This document shows, piece by piece, positions 1-8,950 of a DNA stretch of 32,000 nucleotides (position 1 is the first letter of the stretch; each line of letters opens with the position of its first letter). The position numbers and the translations under genes are program-made. The notes under the pieces are model-generated. The model was given only the letters and a program-made list of their open reading frames with translations, ran no database searches and was not told where the DNA came from. Origin of the DNA: Methanobrevibacter olleyae (GTDB lineage Archaea > Methanobacteriota > Methanobacteria > Methanobacteriales > Methanobacteriaceae); NCBI GenBank assembly GCA_015063035.1, contig SUTG01000015.1, positions 8,389 to 40,388 of the forward strand, given 5' to 3'.

Positions 1-262
1 AAAAGTTAGCAAAAAGAACATGATCCAATTTGTCCACTTGACTTTTGAGAGCATCACTAACCTCATCATTGCAGTGCCCAAGCAAATTGCACCACCAGGA
101 GCTGATGATGTCTATATACTCCTTGCCCTCTACATCATATAGCTTAACCCCTTTTCCATGGTCAATTATTATTGGCGGAAAATCTTCATAGTCTTTCATC
201 TGAGAAGCAGGATGCCAAATATGGGCCAAATCCTTTTCAATGCATTTATTAATTTTATCCAT
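1..262 (-). CDS. bioA: Adenosylmethionine-8-amino-7-oxononanoate aminotransferase, N-terminal part, truncated by the window start
   Basis: Reverse translation from ATG at 260-262 gives MDKINKCIEKDLAHIWHPASQMKDYEDFPPIIIDHGKGVKLYDVEGKEYIDIISSWWCNLLGHCNDEVSDALKSQVDKLDHVLFAN, typical of the BioA N-terminus (HxWHPxxQ, SSWWCNxxGH). bioB and bioD are nearby. Confidence 0.9.
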   Translation of the reverse strand, partial: MDKINKCIEKDLAHIWHPASQMKDYEDFPPIIIDHGKGVKLYDVEGKEYIDIISSWWCNLLGHCNDEVSDALKSQVDKLDHVLFANF

Positions 263-270
263 ATTAAAAC

Positions 271-405
271 CTTATAATTTAGAATGATTAACTAAAATTA
301 CTATTCAATTAAAACCTTATAATTTAGAATGATTAACTAAAATTACTATTCAATTAAAACCTTATAATTTAGAATGATTAACTAAAATTACTATTCAATT
401 AAAAC
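271..405. repeat. Three perfect tandem copies of a 45-bp unit (271-315, 316-360, 361-405), plus 8 bp of a further copy at 263-270
   Basis: Unit cttataatttagaatgattaactaaaattactattcaattaaaac repeated three times without change, directly upstream of the bioA start. Confidence 0.97.
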
Positions 406-549
406 CTTGAACTTAAGATGATAATTAAATTCTTCATTATAAGATTAGACTTTATATTAAATAAACTTAATTTAATCGATACGTATTTTGAATTATTCGA
501 TTAGTTTTATTGTCAAATTATTTTAAAAGATGATTGGGATTTCAATGTA

Positions 550-1614
550 TTATTTCAAAACAATGGTATTTGCAAGGGCTGCGATTTGAGATTTATTTAA
601 GCTAGTATACTTTAAAACATCCTCAACTTTGAATCCATCTTCTAAAAGCCTTTCTACAACTTTCACCTCACCTAAGACTTTTCCTTCTTCCATAGCTTCC
701 TCCTTGACTTCCTCTTTAACTTCCTCTTTAACTTCCTCTTTGGCATTTTCCAAAAGTTCTTTTAATTTTGCTTCCTGTATAACTTGCTTTTCGTACATAT
801 CTAACTTATGCAAATCCTCTTCGCTTAACATTTTACTATCCCTCTTAAATTTTTCAAGCTGTTGCCTATCTAAAACTTGTTGAGCAAGCAATCTTTGATG
901 ATTCTTAATATCAATAAAAACATGTTTATCTGAAATATTAAGTTTTGAAGTTATCTCATCAGTTTTATAAATTAAGTCTTTTCTTTTTTCCAAATCCTCT
1001 GTCATGAATGGAATTGTTAATAATATAGCCAAATCATATTCGTCCGGCTTTTTGTCAATTTCTATTATTTTATCCATTATATTTAAATATGTCGATAAAT
1101 CTAGGCTAGTTAACGATTTAACATGCGGAGTAAACCCATATTCAATTTTTAAGGAATTTAAATCATTTGTATCGGCTATCACATCTTCATCGAAATATTC
1201 CCCAAATCCGAATAATTCATTTGAATCCTCTTTTGCATCTAAACTTATGATAGTCACTATTGTCTCCAATCCCGTTTCCTTATAAACCAAAACTTGATAA
1301 GACCCAAATCTTATTAAATCCTTATCACTTATAGGCCCTGTTTGAAATTCATTTATATACATCTTCGGCTCATCGGATTCTATCAAGTTATCAATATGCA
1401 ACTCTCCGAATATTTCATTGATTTTTTCTGTATTATGAAACTGTTTAATTTTTATTGGATAGCCAATAAGTTTCATAAATCCTTCTCCAGCGATAGACAT
1501 CACATTTTTAAAGTATTTATCATAAGGCTTATGAACCCTATAATCACCCTTATCAATCTTTAAGTTAGATGATGGATTAGTATTGGTCAGAGGAAAATCT
1601 TTACCAATTGTCAT
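550..1614 (-). CDS. Rpn/PD-(D/E)XK nuclease family (transposase_31-like) protein with EVKE-repeat C-terminal region
   Basis: 354-aa ORF with YDKYFKNVM, a MYINEFQTG core and a charged coiled C-terminus (KEEVKEEVKEEVKEEA), ending in an ED(V/I)xKYTxLxxxQI-type motif, the usual layout of this family. The 12-bp repeat acttcctcttta at 707-742 encodes the EVKE repeats. Confidence 0.6.
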   Translation of the reverse strand: MTIGKDFPLTNTNPSSNLKIDKGDYRVHKPYDKYFKNVMSIAGEGFMKLIGYPIKIKQFHNTEKINEIFGELHIDNLIESDEPKMYINEFQTGPISDKDLIRFGSYQVLVYKETGLETIVTIISLDAKEDSNELFGFGEYFDEDVIADTNDLNSLKIEYGFTPHVKSLTSLDLSTYLNIMDKIIEIDKKPDEYDLAILLTIPFMTEDLEKRKDLIYKTDEITSKLNISDKHVFIDIKNHQRLLAQQVLDRQQLEKFKRDSKMLSEEDLHKLDMYEKQVIQEAKLKELLENAKEEVKEEVKEEVKEEAMEEGKVLGEVKVVERLLEDGFKVEDVLKYTSLNKSQIAALANTIVLK

Positions 1615-1938
1615 GATATCACCAAAAAAATTATAATCAATGCCTAATTTATAAAAACTAATATATAAATTAGTAGTTTTTAATAAAACTCCTTTAACAA
1701 TCTCAAATCAATATTCTAAGGATTTTAAACTTTTTAAAATTATTATAATAATCTAATGAAATTATAAATTAAATCGCCAGTGAAAGATCATAATGAAATC
1801 AATTAAAAAAAAACAAGTCAAATAAAAAAAATAAAACAACTAAAAAAAACAACTAAAAAAATATACAATAAAACCAAATAAACAAAAAACAACTAAAAAA
1901 ATAAGAAAAAAATAAAAATTATTAAAAAAAATAAGAAA

Positions 1939-1967
1939 AAGTGAAATATTGTAAGAATATTTCACTT
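1939..1967 (-). terminator. Hairpin plus T-tract overlapping the adhesin-like gene stop codon
   Basis: 12-bp perfect inverted repeat aagtgaaatatt/aatatttcactt with a 5-nt loop. On the minus strand it is followed by TTTTTCTTATTTTTTTT. Confidence 0.6.
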
Positions 1968-3603
1968 AAGATTTATATGGATTAGACTCGGTATATGCTA
2001 CACCATCAACATATAAAGTGTGTCCTTCATAATAGATTTCACCATTGTTTTCCAAGCTTGTTATATGACTGTCTCCATCTAATGTCCAGTCAGAGCCAGA
2101 TTCGATTACGACATCAGTTTGTCCAAAATCATCAGAAGGATTGATGGTTCCAACATAGCTGGTAGAGCTTAAAGTCATATTCAATGAACTGATGGAATCT
2201 ACAATAATGTTTCCATCGAGAATTTCATCTTTTGCATTGAAAGTGAGCTGGCCACCATTTGAACCTGCTGTTCCCCATTGGCTTTGACCTGAAACATCCA
2301 ATAATGTGCCGCTGCCATAGTTAAGTTCTGTTTTTTCCAAATTAATGATTGCCTTGGTATTGGTAACATGGAACATTGGTGCAGATTCATAATACTCGGA
2401 ATCAGATAGAATTGACAATGCAGAATCCTTTGCAGTGAAAATGGATGTGCCCACATCAGCATCTCCACTCATGCTTTGATAGATGAATACACCACCTAAA
2501 TCCACATATTCACCATTATCCTGCCTGTTTCCACCTGCAGCTGCAGACAAGTCACAGTTTGTAAGTTCAATGCTGTTTTTACCTTCAATACAAGCTATTT
2601 GAGAAACATAAGCAGTACCTACAGAGTTTGCTACAGTTATGTTTCCTGTAGAGTAGATTATTGGTGAACCACTACCGCTTTCCTTGCTCACTCCCGTATT
2701 CAGTTCACTGTCACTTACATGAACCTCTCCTTCACCACGATCAGTGGCAAGAGCTGCACAGCTTTGACCATTTGTATTGATTATGACATTTTGAGCATTG
2801 ATGATCCCATTGTATGTTGCATCAAGTCCACGGGACTGGTCACTGTATGTGGTAATTTCCACATTTTCAATATTTGCCACTGTTGAACCTTCTACACTAT
2901 CTTGATTAGATGCGGACATAGCTGATGATTCACCACCACTAGGAGCTCCATTAGAATCACCAGAACTCATTTCAGGAGGAGTGCCACCATCTGAAGAATT
3001 ATCACCAGAACTCATAGAAGGAGGACTGCCACCATTCGAAGAATTATCACCGGAAGGCATAGCAGGAGGTGTTCCTCCATTAGTTGAATCTTCTCCAGAC
3101 CCGCTTGAACTTTCTGCCAATCCATTACCGTCCAATACAACAGAACCATTAGAAGAGGAAGAGGAACTTTCTGCATTTGTTACAAAAATACCATTTGATC
3201 CTTTTGAATTTGTAATTATCTTTACATTGGAGATATCCAAGCTCCCATTTGTATTAACTAAAACCGCTGAGTTGATTCCATAGAAGTCAACATCATCCCC
3301 AGTTGAACTTGTATCCCCTGTTTTATTGATTATGGAATTAGCTAATTTCAATACTCCATTGTTTTTTACTAAAACAGCGTTTTCATCAGAAGATGAACTT
3401 GAATACAAACCATTGTCTGCAGAGATCTCTTCTGAGTCAACAACTAGATTTCCCTTATCTTCAAGTGCATTTGCATCAACATTTACTGAAGCACTATTAC
3501 CTGATTGCATATTACTTAATGCAAAGGCACCAGCACATATTATTATGATTATTGCAATTATTGCAATTAAGATTTTTTTATTCATAGGAATTAATAACTC
3601 CAA
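1966..3603 (-). CDS. Secreted/membrane-anchored adhesin-like protein, predicted right-handed beta-helix
   Basis: 545-aa ORF with N-terminal hydrophobic helix (MNKKILIAIIAIIIIICAGAFAL), Gly/Ser/Pro-rich linker (GGTPPEMSSGD) and repeated short beta-strand segments typical of beta-helix proteins. The ORF opens at a TTG. The ATG at 3583-3585 (MNKK) is the more likely start. Confidence 0.75.
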   Translation of the reverse strand: MELLIPMNKKILIAIIAIIIIICAGAFALSNMQSGNSASVNVDANALEDKGNLVVDSEEISADNGLYSSSSSDENAVLVKNNGVLKLANSIINKTGDTSSTGDDVDFYGINSAVLVNTNGSLDISNVKIITNSKGSNGIFVTNAESSSSSSNGSVVLDGNGLAESSSGSGEDSTNGGTPPAMPSGDNSSNGGSPPSMSSGDNSSDGGTPPEMSSGDSNGAPSGGESSAMSASNQDSVEGSTVANIENVEITTYSDQSRGLDATYNGIINAQNVIINTNGQSCAALATDRGEGEVHVSDSELNTGVSKESGSGSPIIYSTGNITVANSVGTAYVSQIACIEGKNSIELTNCDLSAAAGGNRQDNGEYVDLGGVFIYQSMSGDADVGTSIFTAKDSALSILSDSEYYESAPMFHVTNTKAIINLEKTELNYGSGTLLDVSGQSQWGTAGSNGGQLTFNAKDEILDGNIIVDSISSLNMTLSSTSYVGTINPSDDFGQTDVVIESGSDWTLDGDSHITSLENNGEIYYEGHTLYVDGVAYTESNPYKS

Positions 3604-3815
3604 ACTTGCCTATAAATTTTACTATTAACGTAACAAAATAAGAAATCGAAAAATATGAAAAAATTGAAATAATGAATTTAAATTCCCAATTAAAAATCGT
3701 GACCCCACTAACTAGTAGTAGTTAAATCTAATTTGAAGAATATTGTTTAAAAATTTCCTGGATTTATATTCAAATGTTTAACAACTAAAAACAAGTTAAA
3801 AAAAAAAAAGTGAAA

Positions 3816-3837
3816 GGTGGATAAATAAATATCCACT
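3816..3837 (-). terminator. Hairpin plus poly-T just after the hydrolase stop
   Basis: gtggata/tatccac inverted repeat (3817-3823/3830-3836). The minus strand continues into cctttcac followed by about 12 T. Confidence 0.55.
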
Positions 3838-3841
3838 CATT

Positions 3842-5779
3842 TTAGTTTAAGCAATTATTCACCCAATTAATGAAATTGGTGGTGGAGTCACCAGTTCTTT
3901 CTGCTTGGGTGTGTCCTTGACCCCATACAGTTGAAAACTCAACGTTATCTTTTCCAACCTTATTCAACACTGCCAAATATAGGTTGACATCAACACATTG
4001 AGATGTGTCCCCCTGTTCAATACCTGTATTGATTCTCCAATAGTTAGCCACGTCAGAGCTTCCAGCTCCATCATAGTAGTCGCATAAGTAATACATTGGA
4101 TTATACATGTTTACACGGGTTTCCATAGAATTGTTTAAACTATCTGTTGCCGCCAAATCATTTTTATATTGGCTAGCATAATCAGATGAGTAATCACTGT
4201 ATTTGGAGTAAGATTCGCCATTATTGTTAAGCAACTCGCTTAATGTTTTATCGAAATGTGATGAACTGTTTGCATCAATACCAAACAATGCATTTTCAGC
4301 TTGAGAACGTTCCAAATCATCAAAAGCAGCTACAGATTTAGATGGGTTTTTGCAATGTTTTACAAAAGCTTCCAAACTGGTGATTTTTGCTGTGTTTGTA
4401 CTTGCATCATATTCAATCCATGTTTCGTTTCCATTAAGTGAATCTATATAGTCCTGTGCAGTTTCATAGCTTGTTGAAGAGTCTGCATCAGTGCTTTCAC
4501 TTGACATTTCACCACTCAAATTTCCACTTGGAGCCTCACCAGAAGGAGCCTCACCACTCATATTTCCACTTGGAGCCTCACCAGAAGGAGCCTCACCACT
4601 CATATTTCCACTTGGAGCCTCACCAGAAGGAGCCTCACCAGAAGGCATTTCTCCGCTAGTTGCTTCACCTGATTGCATGTCTCCCATGCCATTGGAACTT
4701 GGAGTGTAAGGGAATGTTGTATCATTCAAGAAATTATTCAATGACTCTTCAGTAACACTTAACATATAGTCGTAGTAACTGCCTGATGTATAGATTCCAC
4801 TATCGCTTTCCTCTAGTGTCAATGTGTTTCCATTCGGATCTTTTAAGCCTAAATCGTTAATGTATTTAGCATATTCTGTTGCCAAATCAGTGCTTAATGC
4901 ACCGGTAAATGAATCTGAACTTCTCGCATATTGTCCCAGATTCCATTCATATGCTCCATCAGCTGTATCCAAATTGGTTATTGGACACCAACACATTGAA
5001 CCATAGATTGCATTTGACAATGCGTTTCCATCCTTATCAACCATAGCAGCTCCGATATCCTCCAAATATGGATTATATAATTCACTGTTTCCGGAAGCTC
5101 CCATTATTGCAGATTGGGCTCCTCCTCCACTATGGCCAAATGTGAATATTTTCTCATCATCTCCAGGCAATACATCACCATTGAATCTGTAATAGCTTAC
5201 AGCTGCTTTCAGGTCAACTACACCATCAGGCGCTTCTGCATTGTCTCTTCCTCTGCAACCGGCATTCAAGTAGATGAATCCAGCGTCAGTGTATTCTTTA
5301 ATTTCACCTGCATTGTAGCTTGTAGGTGCTGCACATGAGGAATAACCAGGTGTGTTTACTGGCATCACTATAGGTGCAGAGCCAGCGGTATAATTTCCAA
5401 CCTGTACATTTTCATTTAAACTACAAGTATAAGTCCCATTTGAATTTTTTGTCCCATCAAAGTATTTTCCAGGAACATATATTCCACAGGATTCATAAGC
5501 AGTGTCTTCAGGATTCATACAGTATACAAGACCTATTTGATAATAGATGTCATTTGTTTCGTCATATTGCCAATTATTCATGTCGATTGATAGGGAATTC
5601 GTTAAAACACTTGCATTATATGAAGGCCCATCTCCTGTAGGGGTTGAACTGCCCATCAGGAAAAAAGCTCCTACAATCGCAAGTAGAATAATTATGGCAA
5701 TTGCAATAAGTTTATGTAATTTTTTCATAATACCACCATTAAGTAATAATAATAATAACTCCCATTTCTTATTTAACAT
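3842..5779 (-). CDS. Secreted alpha/beta hydrolase, resembling subtype B tannase/feruloyl-esterase type enzymes, with a low-complexity insertion
   Basis: Signal/anchor MKKLHKLIAIAIIILLAIVGAFFL, nucleophile elbow FGHSGGGAQS, GSMCWCPITNLDTADGAYEW, and C-terminal catalytic-His-like WGQGHTQAER. The likely start is the ATG at 5726-5728, preceded by GGTGG. Confidence 0.7.
   Translation of the reverse strand: MLNKKWELLLLLLNGGIMKKLHKLIAIAIIILLAIVGAFFLMGSSTPTGDGPSYNASVLTNSLSIDMNNWQYDETNDIYYQIGLVYCMNPEDTAYESCGIYVPGKYFDGTKNSNGTYTCSLNENVQVGNYTAGSAPIVMPVNTPGYSSCAAPTSYNAGEIKEYTDAGFIYLNAGCRGRDNAEAPDGVVDLKAAVSYYRFNGDVLPGDDEKIFTFGHSGGGAQSAIMGASGNSELYNPYLEDIGAAMVDKDGNALSNAIYGSMCWCPITNLDTADGAYEWNLGQYARSSDSFTGALSTDLATEYAKYINDLGLKDPNGNTLTLEESDSGIYTSGSYYDYMLSVTEESLNNFLNDTTFPYTPSSNGMGDMQSGEATSGEMPSGEAPSGEAPSGNMSGEAPSGEAPSGNMSGEAPSGEAPSGNLSGEMSSESTDADSSTSYETAQDYIDSLNGNETWIEYDASTNTAKITSLEAFVKHCKNPSKSVAAFDDLERSQAENALFGIDANSSSHFDKTLSELLNNNGESYSKYSDYSSDYASQYKNDLAATDSLNNSMETRVNMYNPMYYLCDYYDGAGSSDVANYWRINTGIEQGDTSQCVDVNLYLAVLNKVGKDNVEFSTVWGQGHTQAERTGDSTTNFINWVNNCLN
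4521..4646. repeat. In-frame 42-bp tandem repeat, about 3 copies, encoding (SGNxSGEAPSGEAP)n
   Basis: tttccacttggagcctcaccagaaggagcctcaccactca starts at 4521, 4563 and 4605 (period 42 bp = 14 aa) inside the hydrolase ORF. Confidence 0.9.
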
Positions 5780-6153
5780 TTTCTAAGAAAAACCCCGTTT
5801 TAATCATTTTTTTTATAATGGAATGCATTAGACTTTTAAAATTATATAAGATTGGGAGGTTTTTACTTTAACATTTTTGGTTGTAATAATTGGGAAATCA
5901 TTATCTATGATATAAGTATGCATATGGAAATGAGGTTTGGGTGTATGTGAAAAAAATTATAAATGTGAAAAGAAACTAAACAAGTTTAAAAATTAAGAAA
6001 GATATGAAAAAAACTGAAATTTAATAGAAATTTAATTAAAAATTTTTGCCTAAGAAACAAGTACAATTTTAATTAAAAGGAAATATAAAATAAAAAAAGA
6101 AATTAAGATAAACTATAAAATAATTATAGCTATCTTCAATATAATTAAAAGAA

Positions 6154-6861
6154 TTATTTGAAATATGAAATCAATTCATCTGCATCTATCTTAGGCAGTA
6201 AATTTGTATCATTTTGATAAACTTTTGCTATAACCGGAACATTGCAAAGATCTTCAACCATCTTGATATTGTCATTTTCCATAAGCTCATCCCTGTAATT
6301 GTTCATGATGATTCCACATGGACGAATGTTTCTGTTTTTCAAGTATTCAACTGTGGTGACAATTGAGTTGATTGTTCCAAGCCCTGCATCGGCAATGAGT
6401 ATGACATCAAGACCAAGATACTTTATTATGTCCTCAAGCATGATGTTGCTCTCATGGTCTTTTCCGTCGTAACGTATAGGGCAAACTATACCTCCACTCC
6501 CTTCCATCACGATATAATCATATTTTTGGGATACCTTTTCATAAGCATCTTTCACTACATCTAAATTTACTGGATTTCCTTCAATCTGACTTGCAAGATG
6601 TGGTGAAACTGCAGTTTCATAAATGTATGGAACCAAGAAATCGGTATCTTCCTCTAAACCAGCCATTGTCAATACCTCTACAGCATCTCCAGGAACCAAA
6701 GAACCATTTTCATCTCTTATGGCTCCACTTAAAGCCGCTTTGAAATAAGTGGCATCATATCCATTGTCACGAATATACTTCAGCAATAATCCGGTGACAT
6801 ATGTTTTTCCAATATCTGTTCCAGTTCCAATTACAAAGAGTCCTTTAGACACAAGTATCAC
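6154..6861 (-). CDS. bioD: Dethiobiotin synthetase
   Basis: 235 aa, GLFVIGTGTDIGKTYVTGLL P-loop, YIVMEGSGGIVCPI and GLGTINSIVTTVEYL motifs. GTG start overlaps the bioB stop by 4 nt. Confidence 0.93.
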   Translation of the reverse strand: MILVSKGLFVIGTGTDIGKTYVTGLLLKYIRDNGYDATYFKAALSGAIRDENGSLVPGDAVEVLTMAGLEEDTDFLVPYIYETAVSPHLASQIEGNPVNLDVVKDAYEKVSQKYDYIVMEGSGGIVCPIRYDGKDHESNIMLEDIIKYLGLDVILIADAGLGTINSIVTTVEYLKNRNIRPCGIIMNNYRDELMENDNIKMVEDLCNVPVIAKVYQNDTNLLPKIDADELISYFK

Positions 6862-7853
6862 AATCCATCTATTGAGTAAGTTATTTCAAAACCTAATTCT
6901 TCCAAAAGTTTCAAGTCATTATCCAATTCCACACCTTGAGTGGTTAGCATATCCCCTAAAATTCCCGCATTTGCACCGGACTGGAATGCCTTTCTGCCAT
7001 TGTCTCCTAAAAGGGCTCTTCCACCAGCCATACGGATATATGCATCAGGATTTATGAATCTGAATATTGCAATTATTCTACATGCCTCATCATTGGATAA
7101 TATCTCATTGTTCTCTACAGGAGTTCCCTTGATTGGGTTCAAGACATTTATTGGTATTGACTTGACTCCATACTCCCTCAATTGCAATGCCAAATCAATC
7201 CTATCCTCAAAGCTTTCACCCATACCAAATATTCCGCCACTGCAAATCATTGCATTTTCATTTTCTATCATGTCCAATGTTTCCAATTTTTCTTCATATG
7301 AATGGGTAGTGCATATTTCCTTGAAGTAATCCCTTGAACTTTCAAGATTGTTGTGAATCCTATCCACACCTGCATCATTCAAAGCGGATATCTGGTCATT
7401 TGTCAAAAGCCCTAATGAAACGCATATCCTTATGTCATTGCATTCCCCTTTTAATTCCTCAATGAGATTGGATAATGTTTCAAAGTCCTTTTGAGTAACT
7501 TTCCTTCCTGAAGCGACATAGGATATCCTTTTGAAACCTGAATTGTAAATGGCTAAAGACTTTTCCTTCAGTTCCTCTTTGGATAGAAGGGGATAAATTT
7601 CAATATCAGTATCATAGTGATTGGATTGGGCACAGAACTTACAGTTTTCACTGCATCTACCGCTTTTCACATTGATTATCATGCAGGCATCGAATCTATT
7701 TGCGCAAAATGACTTTCTTATTTCATTTGCTCCACTTGTCAAATCATCCAATGGAACATCAATGAGATTCATTGCATCCTCCTTAGTGACTTTGTAGCCA
7801 TTCAACACCTTGTCTTTCAATTCATCCACATCAAACATGATACCACTAAACAT
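6858..7853 (-). CDS. bioB: Biotin synthase (radical SAM)
   Basis: 331 aa with radical-SAM CSENCKFCAQS, YVASGRK, HNLESSRDYF and GGIFGMGE motifs. The start may be the internal ATG at 7838 (MFDVDELK). Confidence 0.95.
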   Translation of the reverse strand: MFSGIMFDVDELKDKVLNGYKVTKEDAMNLIDVPLDDLTSGANEIRKSFCANRFDACMIINVKSGRCSENCKFCAQSNHYDTDIEIYPLLSKEELKEKSLAIYNSGFKRISYVASGRKVTQKDFETLSNLIEELKGECNDIRICVSLGLLTNDQISALNDAGVDRIHNNLESSRDYFKEICTTHSYEEKLETLDMIENENAMICSGGIFGMGESFEDRIDLALQLREYGVKSIPINVLNPIKGTPVENNEILSNDEACRIIAIFRFINPDAYIRMAGGRALLGDNGRKAFQSGANAGILGDMLTTQGVELDNDLKLLEELGFEITYSIDGL

Positions 7854-7935
7854 TACAATTGTTATAAAAATAAACTGTTATAAACGATAGAATAAAATCT
7901 TGAAATTAAAAAATATTCTATTTGATAAAGATCGC

Positions 7936-8667
7936 CTAAAGCTTTCTAGCAAAAACCAAATAACCGCTATGGCCAACCATTCTTGTTTTTGGTCTTGTAC
8001 CTTGAGGCCTTATTTCCATTTCTCTCTCAAGGGTTTCAAGAATTGTAAGATCCCTAAAGCCTAATTTCTTTGCAATCCTATAAGCTGTTTCAGCTTGATC
8101 TATATATGGAGCATAAACCGCTAACCATCCTCCAAGCCTTAATGCCTTTTTAACGTCTTCAAAAATCTCAAATGGCTTTGGAAGGTCTAGGAAAACCAAG
8201 TCAATTTCCTCTTCATCGATTCCATCCTTGATGTTTTGGTTTTTGACTTCAATGTTCTTTATTCCAAAATCATCAATGTTCTTTTTAGCAACCTCTGCAA
8301 AGTCTTCACGTATTTCATAAGTGAATACCTTACCTTTTTCTCCGACAACATTTCCGAAGTTCAATGCAATAGCTCCAGCACCTGTACCTGCATCGATTAC
8401 CCTATCACCTGAACCGAGTCCAGTTCGAGCAAGAACAGTTCCAATATCCTTTTGGATAAGAATGGAACATCTTCTGTCCATTAAGTCAATGAAATCATTT
8501 ACAGTTGGCTTAATGACTTTAAACTCCTTATTTAAATGAGTGATTATTGTATCACCAATAGTAGCTCTTTCCATTTGCTCTTTTTTAATAATACCTAAAT
8601 CAGTTTGGAACTCTCTATCTTCCTTGATTAAGTATTTTTTTCCTCTTTCATCCATTAAAATCTTCAA
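7936..8667 (-). CDS. trmI: tRNA (adenine-N1)-methyltransferase, TrmI-like
   Basis: 243 aa, GSGDRVIDAGTGAGAIALNFGNVVGEKGKVFTYEIREDF and VFLDLPKPFE motifs. Confidence 0.85.
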   Translation of the reverse strand: MKILMDERGKKYLIKEDREFQTDLGIIKKEQMERATIGDTIITHLNKEFKVIKPTVNDFIDLMDRRCSILIQKDIGTVLARTGLGSGDRVIDAGTGAGAIALNFGNVVGEKGKVFTYEIREDFAEVAKKNIDDFGIKNIEVKNQNIKDGIDEEEIDLVFLDLPKPFEIFEDVKKALRLGGWLAVYAPYIDQAETAYRIAKKLGFRDLTILETLEREMEIRPQGTRPKTRMVGHSGYLVFARKL

Positions 8668-8950
8668 ATAATCACCATCTAAATGAAATTTGTAAAATTG
8701 ATTGAAATAAAAATTATGAAAAAATATTATGAAATAAATATTATATTGAATTTTTTAAATAATAGTTATTTTTAAACTAATAGTTATTTTTAGCTTTTAT
8801 TATATATAATAATTTTTTAAAATGAGATAATTTTTTTATCAAAGGAACAAGCATGCTAAAAATTAAAAAAAAGAAAAAAATTTTATCAAAGGAACAATCA
8901 TTTGAAAAAAGAAGAAATTTAAAAAAATAGAAAATAAAGAAACCTAAGAG

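Noticed and set aside
263-405. Possible CRISPR or iteron-type replication origin
   Set aside because: Repeats are directly abutting without spacers, and there is no Cdc6/Orc gene nearby. They are better described as a leader tandem repeat.
2981-3628. Plus-strand ORFs 2981-3283 and 3326-3628
   Set aside because: They are antisense to the adhesin-like gene and their Pro/Glu/Leu-rich products are mirror translations of its Ser/Gly-rich linker. No ribosome-binding site was recognised.
4438-4709. Plus-strand repetitive ORFs (HLEPHQKEPHHSYF and PLGASPEGASPLIF)
   Set aside because: These are out-of-frame or antisense readings of the 42-bp coding repeat in the hydrolase gene.
7887-7921. Inverted repeat atagaata/tattctat between trmI and bioB as a terminator or BirA-type operator
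   Set aside because: An 8-bp AT-only stem with a 19-nt loop is likely by chance in this AT-rich region, and it does not match a known biotin operator I can name.
8835-8897. 17-nt direct repeat ttttatcaaaggaacaa (two copies 46 bp apart)
   Set aside because: Short, AT-rich and only two copies. It may be another decayed tandem duplication but is too weak for a separate claim.
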